Below are positions 1 to 12,179 of a DNA stretch of 64,000 nt, piece by piece (the stretch's first letter is position 1; every line of letters begins with the position of its first letter). The DNA lies in the NCBI RefSeq assembly GCF_009914755.1, contig NC_060933.1; one strand, 5' to 3'. The notes under the pieces were generated by a model. It saw nothing but the letters and a program-made list of their open reading frames with translations. It did no database searches and was not told the origin of the DNA. The translations under genes and the position numbers were made by a program. Source of the stretch: the human T2T-CHM13v2.0 reference genome, Homo sapiens.

Positions 1-429
1 TAATCTATTCATTCATTCACATGTGCATTCATTCATTTAAGAAGCATAACATTCAGACATGCAGACGAAGAGTCGTGACACAGTGTGAAATTATCTGGGA
101 GTATCGGGAGGCTTCAAAAAGGAGGTAGTATTTGAATTGGGTCTTTCAGGAGAATAGTTTTTCAGGCGAATAAATCAATTTTGTGTCCAATGAGTAGCAA
201 ATGCAAGTTCAGAGAGGCATGAAACAGAAGGTGTTATGTTAGAAAAAAAAGTGCAAACACTTTGCGGTGTAGTTTAGGAGCCTTGGGTGGATAGTAAACT
301 ACAGTAAGTGCATTGGAAATTCAGGCTGGGAGATTGTGAATCCCCTGAGGTGTGTTTTAGATGGTGGGAAATGGAGGAGGATTTTACACTAGTGGAGTTA
401 TAATGAGACATTCGCTTGCCCACCTTTTG

Positions 430-735
430 GCATTTGCCTTTGTTATTCCCCCTCCACAGAATTTTTTTTTCCTCTATTTTCGCTGATCAGATCAAATTCT
501 ACTCATTCTTTCATGCTTTCATCAAAATAACCTTTCTCTACTAAAGAGAATCAATCTTTCTTCTGGACTTTGGAATCAAGTTACTTAGATGACATGTGTC
601 TCTTTGCCTAGATTTTAACATATTTAAACAGTAAATACTATGCTTTAATAATCGTTGCATCTCTTTACCCTTCAGCACCTAGCCTTTCTCCTGGCACCTG
701 TTATCTGTTCAGTAAATAGTTGTTGAATTGAATTA
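430..735 (+). mobile_element. L2 LINE 3' end relic
   Basis: Ends with CAGCACCTAGC...CCTGGCAC...CAGTAAATAGTTGTTGAATTGAAT, typical of an L2 3' terminus; boundaries approximate. Confidence 0.65.
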
Positions 736-1129
736 AATGGGATTGGAAAAGCCATGCCATCAATTATGGCTTAAGTATTCACCATCTCCACTCTCCTTGT
801 ATTTGACTTGAGTGTTGATCAAAGGGTATTTACTGACAAAACCATGTATTCACTCCAGTGCTGTCTCCGCAGAGATTTTGCTAAAGAGCAAAGGGTTTGG
901 AGTCAAAAGGCCTTTTGTATTACAACCAAATTGATGGCTTAATTTCCCTTGTCAAGGTTTCAAGTCCAGATGCTGAGTACCACCAGAAAGCCCAGCTTAG
1001 TCTTATGCTAGGTTAAAATGAAGGAACAAAAGGGTAAACATGGTACAAACCATTCACCTGCTTTTGCCACTATCTCTTTGGGAAACAATGATCTATCAAG
1101 TCATATATCAATCCCAAGTACACATGGCA

Positions 1130-1395
1130 TAATAATAGTAGCTATCATTTCTAGTGTACTTATTATATTTCAGACACTGTGATAAATATAACCCGTGAAG
1201 TTTTGCACATAATATTTATAATAATCCTGCAAGGTAGATGTTATCATTTCCTTTTTATAGACGAGGAGACTGAGGCAGCAAATGGTTAAATGACATGTTC
1301 AAGGTCACTGAAACGGTACTGGTGAATGATGGAAATGGCAATTAAGCCCAGGCTTTCTGACTCCAAAGCCCAAGCAGTTAGCCATTTTGTTGTAT
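1130..1395 (-). mobile_element. MIR SINE
   Basis: MIR core in reverse: TTTTATAGACGAGGAGACTGAGGC...GGTTAAATGACATGTTCAAGGTCAC...TCTGACTCCAAAGCCC. Confidence 0.85.
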
Positions 1396-2339
1396 TTTCT
1401 CAAGGAATTATGTAGGATGCTCTGTGAGTCAGGGAATGTGCAGACAGGTGCAGAGAGGGCATGAAGAGCTTCATGCCAACTAGGAGTCTTTAAATCTATG
1501 CCCCTGTTGTCATCAGCCCTCACTGATGCAATAGCACTGGGACACATAGGAGTATTTGAAAATGTTCCTATTGATCGGAAGTGAGTAATTATTACCTTCT
1601 CTATATTACAGATTCACTATCAGAAAGTAATAGCAGAAATGCTAAGCAAGATTAATAGCCGTGTTTCATTATTTTTAATGCAAACTATTGATTTTAAAGT
1701 GGTGTAAGGTATGGCAGTTTATTACAATAAAACAATAAAATAGACTATATGAAATAATTGAGAATAATCTTTTCCCTTTTTGCTGCGGCTATGGGACATA
1801 ATGTGCTGTGCATGTGAATGCATTTATGGCAAGTTCTATCCAGCAATGGCAGCTTAAGCACTCTATAAAGAAGCACTTTGGAACCAGAGTATTATAAATA
1901 ATCGGCAATAAAGCTGGTAAATGGGCCTTTAATTTGATTCCATTATGTCACAGATCACAAGGACCAAGGGGGCTCAGCATCAAAAACACTAACTGCTGAG
2001 CTTAACATGAAGGTAAGCATATCAGATGGCCTCAAGATGGCCTTCTCACTTTGAGATTTTCCAGAAAAGAGCTGGTCATTAGCATCTGGGTGTGGGGTAA
2101 TGTCTTACTATGAGCCAGTGTATACATAGTCAAAACCACTCCCACTCCCACTGCAAAAAGAGTACTCTGAAAGGCTTCCTCACTAGGCATTGTTTCTCCT
2201 GGTAGCTCCTTGCCTTCAATTCACTTTGTCTGTTTCACAGTTAACAATAGACAAGTTCAGAAGCAATTTTCGAATGGGGTCTTAAAGGCTGCCGAAATAG
2301 TGTATGGCCTCATTGCCAGAAATAAAACATAAAGGATGA

Positions 2340-2590
2340 AAGAGGTGTCAGGCCAACTGTATATGCTGGGTTAATCAGAACACATCTGGAGTAGGGAGAA
2401 TAGGTCTAGACCAAACTCTAAAAGCAGACTAACATTGGACACATTGAATGAAGAGATGAAGGTAAAATCATGGCAAAAGAGGAGTGGTGACTGGACTTGG
2501 GGGTTGTTGAAACTAGTGGAGACTTACAGAAACATGGGAATTGTTGGATAATATAAAGGCTGAAAGATGATTTAGCCTTGTCCTGTGAAG
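2340..2590 (+). mobile_element. L3/CR1 LINE relic
   Basis: CAACTGTATATGCTGGGTTAATCAGAACACATCTGGAGTA resembles the CR1/L3 RT 3' region. Confidence 0.5.
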
Positions 2591-2604
2591 CTCTAGAGGA
2601 GAGA

Positions 2605-2850
2605 AATTTTGTGTTAGCCAGACATGGGTTTGGGTCCTATTTGCCCACTTATAGCTGTGTGACCATATGCAAGTGACATCAGAAATCACTAAGAATCACT
2701 ACAGCTTGATTCCTTTTCCTGTAAAATACACATAATAATGATAGCTATTCCATAGGGTTTGAGGGGAGATTGTGGATTAAGTGAGACAGAACAGATCAAG
2801 TTCTTAGAACAATGCTTGGTAAAAAGCAAGAGTTCAATACACATTAGCTT
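2605..2850 (+). mobile_element. MIR SINE
   Basis: CAGACATGGGTTTGGGTCC...CACTTATAGCTGTGTGACC...CTGTAAAAT...CTTAGAACAATGCTTGG. Confidence 0.8.
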
Positions 2851-3379
2851 TAAAAATAAACACCTACAATGACAGCAAAACTAAAAGGCAGATGACACCC
2901 CCTTTTAATGTCTGAAGCAGATTTAGCTGACTTAAAAATTAGGCTTCTAGGGGCTTGAACTGGCTCTATACAATTAGCCAAAGTGTCCAGGAGATCCTGT
3001 TTGAGGGCAGAATGAGAAAGTAAGAGAATCCTTATTTTTTTTAAAGCATAATGGATTAAAACCCCATAAGTCAAATTCAGTGGAATTTAAGAGGCAGGCC
3101 AAAGACAGAGCCAAGAGGAAGGAAACCAGATAGGCAAAGGCATGGGGAGAAACTCAGAAGAAGGGATGGAAAGGAAAAGAGGCATCTAGTTCTTAAAGGC
3201 CATTCATAGGTTGTCAGTGGTTCACCTTGGTGGTTTCTGATTACATGGTAGGTAGAATGGTTGGCTTGCAGTGGTCTTGGGTTTGGAGTAAACATTAAAA
3301 AACAGATAGAAAGTGGGCATGAAGAAGAAATTCCTGATTGGAAGAAAATCTCCCATAATGGGTTTATGGAAATGAGTTG

Positions 3380-3570
3380 CATATTAGTTAAGAGCACAGG
3401 ATCTGGAGCCAGATTGGTTGGATTCTCATCCTGACCACTGCAGTTAGACCTGCCAAATCTCTCTTTGCTTCCACTTCTTCATCTGAAAAATGGGGATAAT
3501 AATAGAATCTGCCTCTTAAGGTTGTAAGAATTTAATGAAATAATGCATATAATGGTAGCTATTATTATCG
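3380..3570 (+). mobile_element. MIR SINE
   Basis: GTTAAGAGCACAGGATCTGGAGCCAGA...CATCTGAAAAATGGGGATAATAATAG. Confidence 0.8.
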
Positions 3571-3783
3571 TCAGAAGTCTCCAAACATGGTGTGGACTTC
3601 TATCAATGAATGAGTCCAGGGTCAGGAGCTGAAAGTAAACGAGCTTTGAGAAACTTCTTCACCCATATTTCTTAGCAGTAAGGCATGCCCATTTCCCTGA
3701 CATGAGAGGCCATTGTCTATTCTGCCACTCACAGAAAGAAAATTGATTAATCGAGTTTCCTTTAATCCCAAAGACACTTGGGA

Positions 3784-3838
3784 ATGTGGTCCAAATGTAA
3801 GTATGTGGTCCAAATGTAAGTATGTGATCCAAAAGTAA
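3784..3838. repeat. 19-bp tandem repeat, about 2.9 copies (ATGTGGTCCAAATGTAAGT)
   Basis: Two identical copies (3784-3802, 3803-3821) plus a degenerate third. Confidence 0.95.
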
Positions 3839-5047
3839 TCATTTGAAGGAAGTGGCAGTTTTGGATATATGTATGTGGTGATCACAGAGGTAGCTGAAAC
3901 TATTGAGGACAATTTTAATCTCCTATACTGGAACAGCTTTAGATAATCTCCTTTTGGACTCTCATCTCCTTCCCAAATTTATGGAGATACTATCTGGGAG
4001 ACAGGAGTTGTATTCTTTGCACCCTGGAATCCTTTTTTCATTCTATTAATAAAGGGTCTTAGATCCCATATCCTCTAGGGTTGTCTGAGAGACCATTTTT
4101 TTCCCATTGCTGTTCCCTTATTATTCTGAAATCCTTTAATTTTATAAAACAACAAATACTCAGGAATCTGGCCCAACAACTGGAGTTTGGTCTTTCACAA
4201 AGGTGGAAGCCTGAGTCTTTTACCTTTGCCACTGAGATCCCATCTGTCACCTGACTCACTATTGACAAATTCTCTTCCTTAAAACTTCTTTTAAACACCT
4301 GTGGGTCAAGTGTCACTTCTATTTATTCTCTCTCTCATAACCTCTAGTGCCAGTTGCCTTGGGTATATAACATTGCATTGTTGAGCCACAATTTTTTTAT
4401 TTCTTGAGGGGTGATAGTAGTTCATTGAGCAGACTAAGAGCATGTGGGGCATACTGTGTCTCTTTTCTATGTAACAGCTACCTCCTCTTATTTAGTTCTT
4501 TTTACCACCCCCAACACCAAGCCCAAGGTGACAGAGTGTGGTGGATCTAAGTCAATGATTTTGAACCAACCCTTTGCTCTTCCAGTCTCTCTTGCAGCTA
4601 AGGATGGCCTGTAACATGGGAATATGAATAAGGAGGCACAAAGGAAAGTCTGCCAGAATGGGATTTATGGAGAACTTCTTGTTTTCTTGATGAATAGGAC
4701 TCAAGGCCCATCTTTCTTTCCTACATGCTACACTGAAGATTGACTTGTAGTCCCTGGTATTATGGAGCCCCTGAACCAAAGCAAACTGTCACCTATCTGA
4801 ACACTTGCAATAGGAAAAAAAACAGGCCTTTGTTTATTTAAGATATTCTTAGTCAGGGTTTGAGTCCCAAAACATTCCTAACCAATATTGGGAAGGGAGC
4901 TTAAATTTTAAGCTTAGGAAACTGAATAAGTAAAAATGAAGATGTATGAAATTGGTTAGCACGTAAAGAGAATAGTGTTAGGAAATCAATAGGCAAACCA
5001 GAGATACAATGATAGAGGGAAGTTGAACCAATTGGTAAAAACCCTAC

Positions 5048-5225
5048 AGCAGGTATTCCCAGTGCTAGCTACACATCTGAATCACTTGGGAAGCTTTAAA
5101 AATCTGTGCATGCTCAGGTCTCTCCCCTTAAGATTCAAAGTGAATTAATTTCACTTGGTAAGATCAGGCCATCAATAGTTTTTAAAAGTTCCCAGGTGAT
5201 TCAAGGGCTGAGGAATATCACCTTA
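5048..5225. mobile_element. MER5-family hAT-Charlie DNA transposon
   Basis: GAATCACTTGGGAAGCTTTAAAA...TTTTAAAAGTTCCCAGGTGATTC internal inverted symmetry of MER5. Confidence 0.75.
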
Positions 5226-5437
5226 TAAAGTATTATATGGCCAGGCTCCAGTCTACCTATTCACCTTCACTTTTTCCTATTCTCTCCCTTGGGCAGTAGG
5301 CTCTACCCACACTGTCTGTCTTGAGTGTGCCATGAGCTTTCTCATGTTCTGCTAATGTTCCAGGCTTTACCTAGGTTATCTTTTTCAGACTCCGGAGGCC
5401 TCCCCTTACCTCTCCCTACCAATTGAAGTCAGGTGGC

Positions 5438-5914
5438 TGTATTAATCTGTTTTTGCGCTGCTATAAAGAAATACCTGAGACTGGGTAATTGATAAAGAAA
5501 AGAAGTTTAATTGGCTTATGGTTCAGCAGGCTGTACAGGAAGCAAAGTGGCTTCTGCTTCTGGGAAGGCCTCAGGGAACTTACCATTATGGTGGAAGGCA
5601 AAGGGGAAGCAGGCACGTCTTACGTGGCTAGAGCAAGAACAAGAGGGAGAGAGAGAGAGGGAGGGAGGGAGAGAGAGAGAGGGAGGGAGGGAGAGGGAGA
5701 GAGAGAGAAAGAGAGAGAGAGAAATTTGTTTTACAAACAAACAAATCTCAGGAGAACTCACTATCATGAGAACAGCACCCAGGGGGGTGGTGGTAAACCA
5801 TTCATGAGAAACCACCCACATGATTCAATTACCTCCCACCAGGCCCCACCTCCAACAGTGGGGATCACAATTTGATATGAGATTAGGGTGGGGACGCAGA
5901 TCCAAATTGTATCA
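5438..5914 (-). mobile_element. MSTA-like MaLR solo LTR with expanded GA tract
   Basis: TGTATTAATCTGTTTT...CTATAAAGAAATACCTGAGACTGGGTAA...GGTGGGGACGCAGATCCAAATTGTATCA; TG...CA termini; interrupts an L2 relic. Confidence 0.9.
5641..5724. repeat. 84-nt pure purine (GA/GGGA) tract
   Basis: No pyrimidine from 5641 to 5724. Confidence 0.95.
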
Positions 5915-6300
5915 GTGTTCAACTTTGTTCTTTCTTACAGTGGTGTTTGTTTCCTAACTAGATAGTTTGAATGTATTTATTTTTGTGCTCTTTATTTACC
6001 TATTTATGTATTATGAGAGCAAAGGCTGTGGCCTGCTTTGATGACTGCTATACCTTCTTTAGCATGTCTGGCATTATTTAGAAGTGAGTTCTAAATAATT
6101 ATTTGTAAAGTTAACTAATAAAATAATGGCCATATGCCCAAGACTTAGTTGTATAATGGCAATTTTATAGTAACTGGAAAGAAACAGTTACATTAGTGGT
6201 TATCAAGGTGCTCTCATTTGCCTATGAAGGAAGGACTGGAGTGAAGTGGGGAAGGGAAACAAGTCAGAAGATTATTGCAGCATCATAGGAGAAAAAAAAG

Positions 6301-6789
6301 TGTAACCATAGAATCAGCCCAATCTGGTTCAACTTTGTGTAATAAAATGGTGAGTTGTCTTCCAGTTTCCATGAACCTCAGGTTGCAAGTTATGTAACTT
6401 TAACCTGTCCAGAGGAACCAAGCATGTAACCACAGGTGGAACCTAAGTGCTTGGACAAACATGGATTGAGTTAAGAAGTGGACACCTCACAGCGTGATCC
6501 ATCCATGACCCAATAAGATTAAACTCTTGCATGACCCCCCTGCGTGATTCAGTCAGATCATGCCTACTGGCATCACCTCAAAGCTCCAATTAGATCATGC
6601 ATTACCCTCTGCCTATAAAACCTGCCTCAACACCCAGCTCTGGGAGACAGATCTGAGCCTTGCTCCTCCTGTCTCCTTGCTTGGCAGCTTTAAAATAAAC
6701 TTATCTCTCTACAGAAGAACTGGTGCTTTGGCGTTTGGCTTTCTGTTGTTTGTGGGCAAACAGAACCAGTTAGGTTTGGTTTGGTTATA
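6301..6789 (+). mobile_element. ERV solo LTR (LTR47-like)
   Basis: Begins TGTAACC...CAGCCCAATCTGGTTCAACTTT; CCAAT 6510 and 6586, TATAAAA 6614-6620, AATAAA 6694-6699, in LTR order. Confidence 0.7.
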
Positions 6790-7923
6790 GAAACAGAAGC
6801 CCAGATAACAAACGCACATTCAGCTTTGTGTACCCAGCACCCAGCTCTGTGCCTGGCACCTGGCAATCAAATGGATATTTGGAGAAGGAAGGAATGGAGG
6901 GCAGGATGAAGATTGAAGGAAAAGAAAGAAACTTCATATGAAACAAATTTAAATACAGCAGGAGATCTCTGGATTTTCCAAAATAAGAAAGACATAGAAA
7001 GTGTGCACAGAGGTATGATAGATTAACTATTAACTTTGCCAACTTCACAACACTTTTTGCAGACATTAAGAATTTTCTGAGAGTCCCCAGCTAGTGTATG
7101 TAGTTGAGGACAGTAGGTTAAGAGAGCTTGTGGTATTTTGCTTTCTTTATTTGTTAGTAAGGGAAGAATTTAAATGAGTATAACCTTTGATGATCTGTGA
7201 TTGTAAAAATCAACCTACCAAAGTTCAGGCAGTGTCAGATGTGGAGACACACTTTCTGAACAGCTCATTTTCCCAGACCTTTCTCTGTCAAATGTCAATG
7301 CCCAAATGAGCTTGTTTGGAAGGCAAATTACATGTTACAAGCAGTCATTCCTCATAGCTGGCAACTTCTATGCCAAATAATTAAATAATGTAGCAACAGA
7401 AATGCTCTGGTCTCCAAGTCTGAACATAAGGGTATATGTGTGTAAAATTGTCCCCATAGTCCCTGAACATTAGGGGAGTTTAGGTCTTGAACCAGACATC
7501 AGTAATCATGTATGAAGAATTAATCTATAAAGACTGCTAGCTGTTGGATGTAGGGACTAAGATATTAGCACAATTTTAATAGGACAAGAGAAGAGAGATA
7601 ATTTAATTCTTTCTAGAAGGGGAAAGGAGGTCAAGGCTAGGCATCAAGAGAAATTAAGTGAACAAGTAGAGCTTGGTCTGTGAAACCAAAGAGAAATTGT
7701 TTCCCGAAAGGTGTGATCATCATCCTTATCCTCATTCCCACCCTCCTCTTCCGTGTCTTCATAATAAAGCCCTCATAATTATGTCACAGTTTAATATTTG
7801 TAAAGTACAAAAGTGAACTGATCCACTCTGCAGAGCAGGTCTTGTTACCACCATTAACATATGAGGGAATGGAGACTTGGAGAAATAAACTGATGCAGGA
7901 GATATCCAGCTATTAAGGGATGA

Positions 7924-7977
7924 AGCCCAGAGGTGGGCTCAGGGACACTTAGCCCAGAGGGTGGGCTCAGGGACACT
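7924..7977. repeat. 26/27-bp direct tandem duplication
   Basis: AGCCCAGAGGTGGGCTCAGGGACACT at 7924-7949, repeated with one extra G at 7951-7977. Confidence 0.95.
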
Positions 7978-8115
7978 GTGATGTAGGAGAGGCATTAACA
8001 ATGGCAGACTCCGAGAGACAGATTCAAATAACTCAGCTGTGGGGCCCTGAAGTCAATTCTCTCTCTCTCTCTCTGTCACCACCCCCTGAACACCCCCCAC
8101 CCCGCCCACACACAC

Positions 8116-8476
8116 TGATATGGTTTGGCTGTGTCCCCACTCAAATTTCATCCTGAATTCCCACATGTTGTGGGAGGGAGCCGATGGGAGGTAATTGAAT
8201 CATAGGGGCAAGTCTTTCCCATGCTGTTCTCAAGATAGTGAATAAGTCTCATGAGATCTGATGATTTTAAAAACAGAAGTTCCCCTGCACAAGCTCTCTT
8301 TTTTTTTTTGACTGCTGCCATCCATGTAAGATGTGACTTGCTCCTCCTTGCCTTCTGCCATGATTGTGAGGCTTCCCCAGCCACCTGGAACTGTAAGTCC
8401 AATTAAACCTCTTTCTTTTGTAAATTACCCAGTCTTGGGTATATCTTTATCAGCAGCGTGAAAATGGATTAATACA
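8116..8476 (+). mobile_element. THE1B (THE1A/B) MaLR solo LTR
   Basis: TGATATGGTTTGGCTGTGTCCCCAC...GGATTAATACA; 5-bp TSD CACAC at 8111-8115 and 8477-8481. Confidence 0.93.
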
Positions 8477-8539
8477 CACACATGTGTAATGGGTAATATA
8501 TTGTAATTTCAAATATTTTTATTCCTCTTTTCCCAACTC

Positions 8540-9310
8540 TTCTGTTGAGTCAGGTGCTCAAGTCTCTCACCTGGATGGCTCCAGTAGCCTTTTCACTGCT
8601 CACCCAGCCTCCAACCTGAACCCCATTCCTATCTGTCTGCTACCATGCAGTGAGAATTACCATTCTAAAATGTATACTTGATCAAGATCAAATCATGCCC
8701 TTCTATTACTCTCCCTCATTTCATAGTCAAATCCTAACGCTCCAGGCCTACTCACAAAACCATTCAGCTCTCAGCTTATCTATGTCTGAAGCCTTGCTTC
8801 TCCCAACTCCTTTCAAATTAAGGAGCCCTAGGTTCCAATCCTTTTATGAGTTACTATGTGTAAGAATGCTTAGAATAGGGTCTGGCATGTGATAAATACT
8901 ATAGAGGTGTTAGCCAGTGTATTTCTAGTTTTATTACTATTATTATTACTATTAATGTCATTATCAGCCCTCTCATTGAACTACTTGGGTTTCCCAGCAA
9001 GCATCATGTTCTCATCATCTGTGTATTTATATCTGCCTGTCTTTCTTCAGGTTAACTCTAACTCTCTTGAGAAACCTAGCTCAGATGTCATTTCCTCTGG
9101 AAAGACTTCCTTGACCTCATCCAGCTGAAGGAGGTATTTCTTATAGTCCTCTGTGTTTTCTTCATTGTCACATTTACCATATCATATCATAAATTTTATA
9201 TATTTTTCCTGATCCCCACTCCTCAACAAGGCTTATGTTTTTTCCTGTTTAATCATAATATATAGTACAGTACCCTGCACACAATGCATTCTCAGTAGAT
9301 GTTAGTTAAT
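8540..9310 (+). mobile_element. L2 relic with embedded MIR fragment (about 8835-8950)
   Basis: TCTCACCTGGAT...CAGCTCAGATGTCATTTCCTCTGGAAAGACTTCCTTGAC...CTCAGTAGATGTTAGTTAAT. Confidence 0.7.
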
Positions 9311-9397
9311 AGGTCACTTATATAGCTGAGGCAAAATGAGCAGCCACAAGTGCTTTCTTTTTGAGGTGTTTTATTTCGGGATTTTAAGTACCATATA

Positions 9398-9700
9398 GGC
9401 CGGGTGTGGTGGCTCTTGCCTGTAATCCCAGCACTTTGCGAGGCTGAGGCAGGAGGATGGCTTGAGGCCAGGAGGTCAAGACCAGCCTGGGCAACAAAGC
9501 AAGACTCTGTCTTTACAAAAAATAAAAAACATAGCCAGGCATGGTGGCATGTGCTTGTGGTTCGCAGCTGCTTGGGAGGATAATGAGGGCGAATTGCTTG
9601 AACCTAGGAGGTTGAGGCTGCAGTGAGCCATGTTCGTGCCACTAAACTCCAGCATGGGTGACAGAGTGAGATTCTGACTTAAAAACAATAATAATAAAAT
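9398..9700 (+). mobile_element. AluJ
   Basis: Full dimer with J-type GGAGGATGGCTTGAGGCCAGGAGG and GAGGCTGCAGTGAGCCATG; degenerate TSD AAGTACCATATA/AAATAGCATATA. Confidence 0.93.
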
Positions 9701-10014
9701 AAATAGCATATAAATAGCCTTCATTCTCTGTTCTTTTTTTGAAAACATTAATTATGGATAAACTGATTATTTATTATTCTAAATTTTTGGCCACTGTCTT
9801 TTACACTAGTTAATAAGCAAAAGTAATAAATGTCCCAGCTCTGATCCAGTGGCTTCCTGAATATAGGGGCAGGCAGGCTGGGTGGCTTGGGGAGGGACTA
9901 AAACAGAGTGGCACTAAAAAATCTCAGTGGAGCCATTCCAGTTGATTAGGCTCTGACAGTGAGGCAGAGCTACATGTGCAGTAGAGGAGAGAACTTGCAT
10001 TTTCAGGACTACAG

Positions 10015-10543
10015 TACACACACACACACAGAAGCATACTCACGCAACCACACTCACTCGTTTATGCACTCACATATGCAGAAACATACTCACATCTACA
10101 CATTCATACACACACATGGAAACACACTCACATCTGCACACTAACTCATACATGCACCAAAAAACACACAGAGAAACATATTCACATTCACTCACTCATA
10201 CATGCACACACACACAGAGAAAGATATGTAAACATACTTATAAATGCACACACACAGAAACACACTTACATATACACACCCACTCATATATGCACACACA
10301 AACACACACACAGGAAAACATACTCACATATACACACTCACTCATGTATGCACACACAGAGAAATATACATATACACACTCGTACATGCACACACAAAGA
10401 AACACACATAAACATTCACTCATACATGTACATACATACACACAGAGAAACATACTCATACATGCACACAAAAACTCATACAGAGAAACATATATGTACA
10501 CATTCATACATGCACACGCACACATACACACACACATTCACAT
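10015..10543. repeat. CA-rich degenerate minisatellite (about 11 units of 38-55 bp)
   Basis: Recurrent unit GAAACATACTCACAT...CACTCATACATGCACACACACA. Confidence 0.85.
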
Positions 10544-10789
10544 CGTACTTAAAAAGTGTTTGTCCAGTTTCTGCTTTCCAAAATCCATTTCAAAAATATT
10601 TCTTGAGCCTATTCTGTTGTGTACTAGCCACTGGATTAAGAACCAGTAGTAAAAAAAAAAAATAAACCAAAGACCTATCCTCAGGGAGCTTGCCATCTTG
10701 TGGGGATATAAACTTCACATAAGTAGATAAATCTAGAGGTAACTGCTTTAAGCTCTTGATGATGAAGATGATGGTGATGATAAAATTGG

Positions 10790-10945
10790 TTGGTGCTCAT
10801 TTTTGAATGCTTGCTAGGGACAGGCCCTGTACTAAGCACTTTATGTGAATTTTCTTATTACTATTCCTGATGATGACACGAGGTATATGTCACTAATCCT
10901 GGTTTTATAGATGGGGAAACTGAGGCTCAGAGAACTTATGTGACA
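10790..10945 (-). mobile_element. MIR SINE
   Basis: CTGTACTAAGCACTTTA...TTTTATAGATGGGGAAACTGAGGCTCAGAGA. Confidence 0.85.
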
Positions 10946-11282
10946 TTATGAAGTTTATCTGTGACCCAAAACCATGTCTATTCTCTTCAAAATTCAGGCT
11001 TAGAAGAGATGCAAGAGAAAGGAAAAGGGAAAGAAAAAAAAGAATGCAGAGGAGGGGATTAGGAGAAAAAATGAGGGCATCTTTTTTTTCATAAGGTTAG
11101 CAAGTTAGGAAATATTAGGAAATCAGAGCTGCCCTTAAATCCTATTGGTAAAGGTATATCCGGAGTATCTGTGACAATGAGCGTTGTCAGGACAAACATG
11201 GGGGGCAGGAGGAAAAACGCTGCTATCCAAGAACCCAGCCATGTGGAGAGGAGGCTTGGCTTGGCCATGTGGAGATGCCAGT

Positions 11283-11296
11283 GTTGCCATGCCAAC
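11283..11296. promoter_or_regulatory. RFX X-box motif (GTTGCCATGCCAAC)
   Basis: 13/14 match to the palindrome GTTGCCATGGCAAC, in non-repeat DNA. Confidence 0.5.
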
Positions 11297-12179
11297 AGCG
11301 ATAGCACATAGGGAGATATGCACAGATATTGGCAATGGGGGTGGTTGCTGGGGCTGGCAAAAGAGTTAACACTGTAGTCAAAAGCATCTCTTAGAAACCA
11401 CACCCACCCTGGGTAGGTTTTTTCTTACAAAAATATCATTAAGATCTTGGATTTCATAGCAGCTCTGTTTTTATTTTTCAGATGTAGAAACTCATAGAGT
11501 CCAGAGACTTGTCCATGGTCTGTCAATGAGTTAGTAGCAGAAAAAGGACCAGGAGCATGGGTTACCTCCATTGTGTTCTTTTCCTCTTCCTTCAGCGGGG
11601 GAGAGTTTCTCTGTTCTGTCCTGGCCTAGCACAGCCAAGACTCTCGATGACTCCCTGTGGCTCTGCCCACAGTTTCTCTCCCCAGCTTCCTCTGTTTATG
11701 GCTTTTTTGCTATGCCCGCCTGCTGGCCCCAAGAGCAGAGGCCATCAGAGAGCCTGCTGGTCACACCTGCCCAGGTTGTACCTTAGAGGTAGTGTATTGA
11801 GCTTCTGTCCCAGTGGTACTCTTGGAATGGGCCTCTGGCCAAAGCAAATGCCAGCCCTGCACTACAGGGGGACTGGCCTTCAGGGCTCTGACTAATGGGC
11901 CCTGGACATCCTCCCTCTTTCTCTGTCCATCTTCTACTTTCTTGGCAGACCAGGAAGTCCCTGGTGAGAGGATCCAGCCTTGAGCCAGTGATGCTTTGCT
12001 AGGACAATATGTTTGGAAATGATAAATCCCTTAAAAATGTATGATGGTCAAAAGTATGGACCTCAAACTATAGACTACCATGTTGTAGGGGAAGGTACTT
12101 TCCTAGACACTAAAAAAATGAATAAAATTAACTTTGCCCTTACGTTTAGAAAATAAATCTTCTATAATATATTTTAATG

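Noticed and set aside
5489-5875. 128-aa ORF with ER-rich stretch, and overlapping ORFs
   Set aside because: Lies entirely within the MSTA LTR and its GA tract
3784-10543. Tandem repeats as a CRISPR-like repeat-spacer array
   Set aside because: No constant repeat with unique equal-length spacers; primate DNA with no cas genes
10116-10649. 177-aa His/Thr-rich ORF, the longest in the track
   Set aside because: Translation of a stop-poor CA repeat; no coding features
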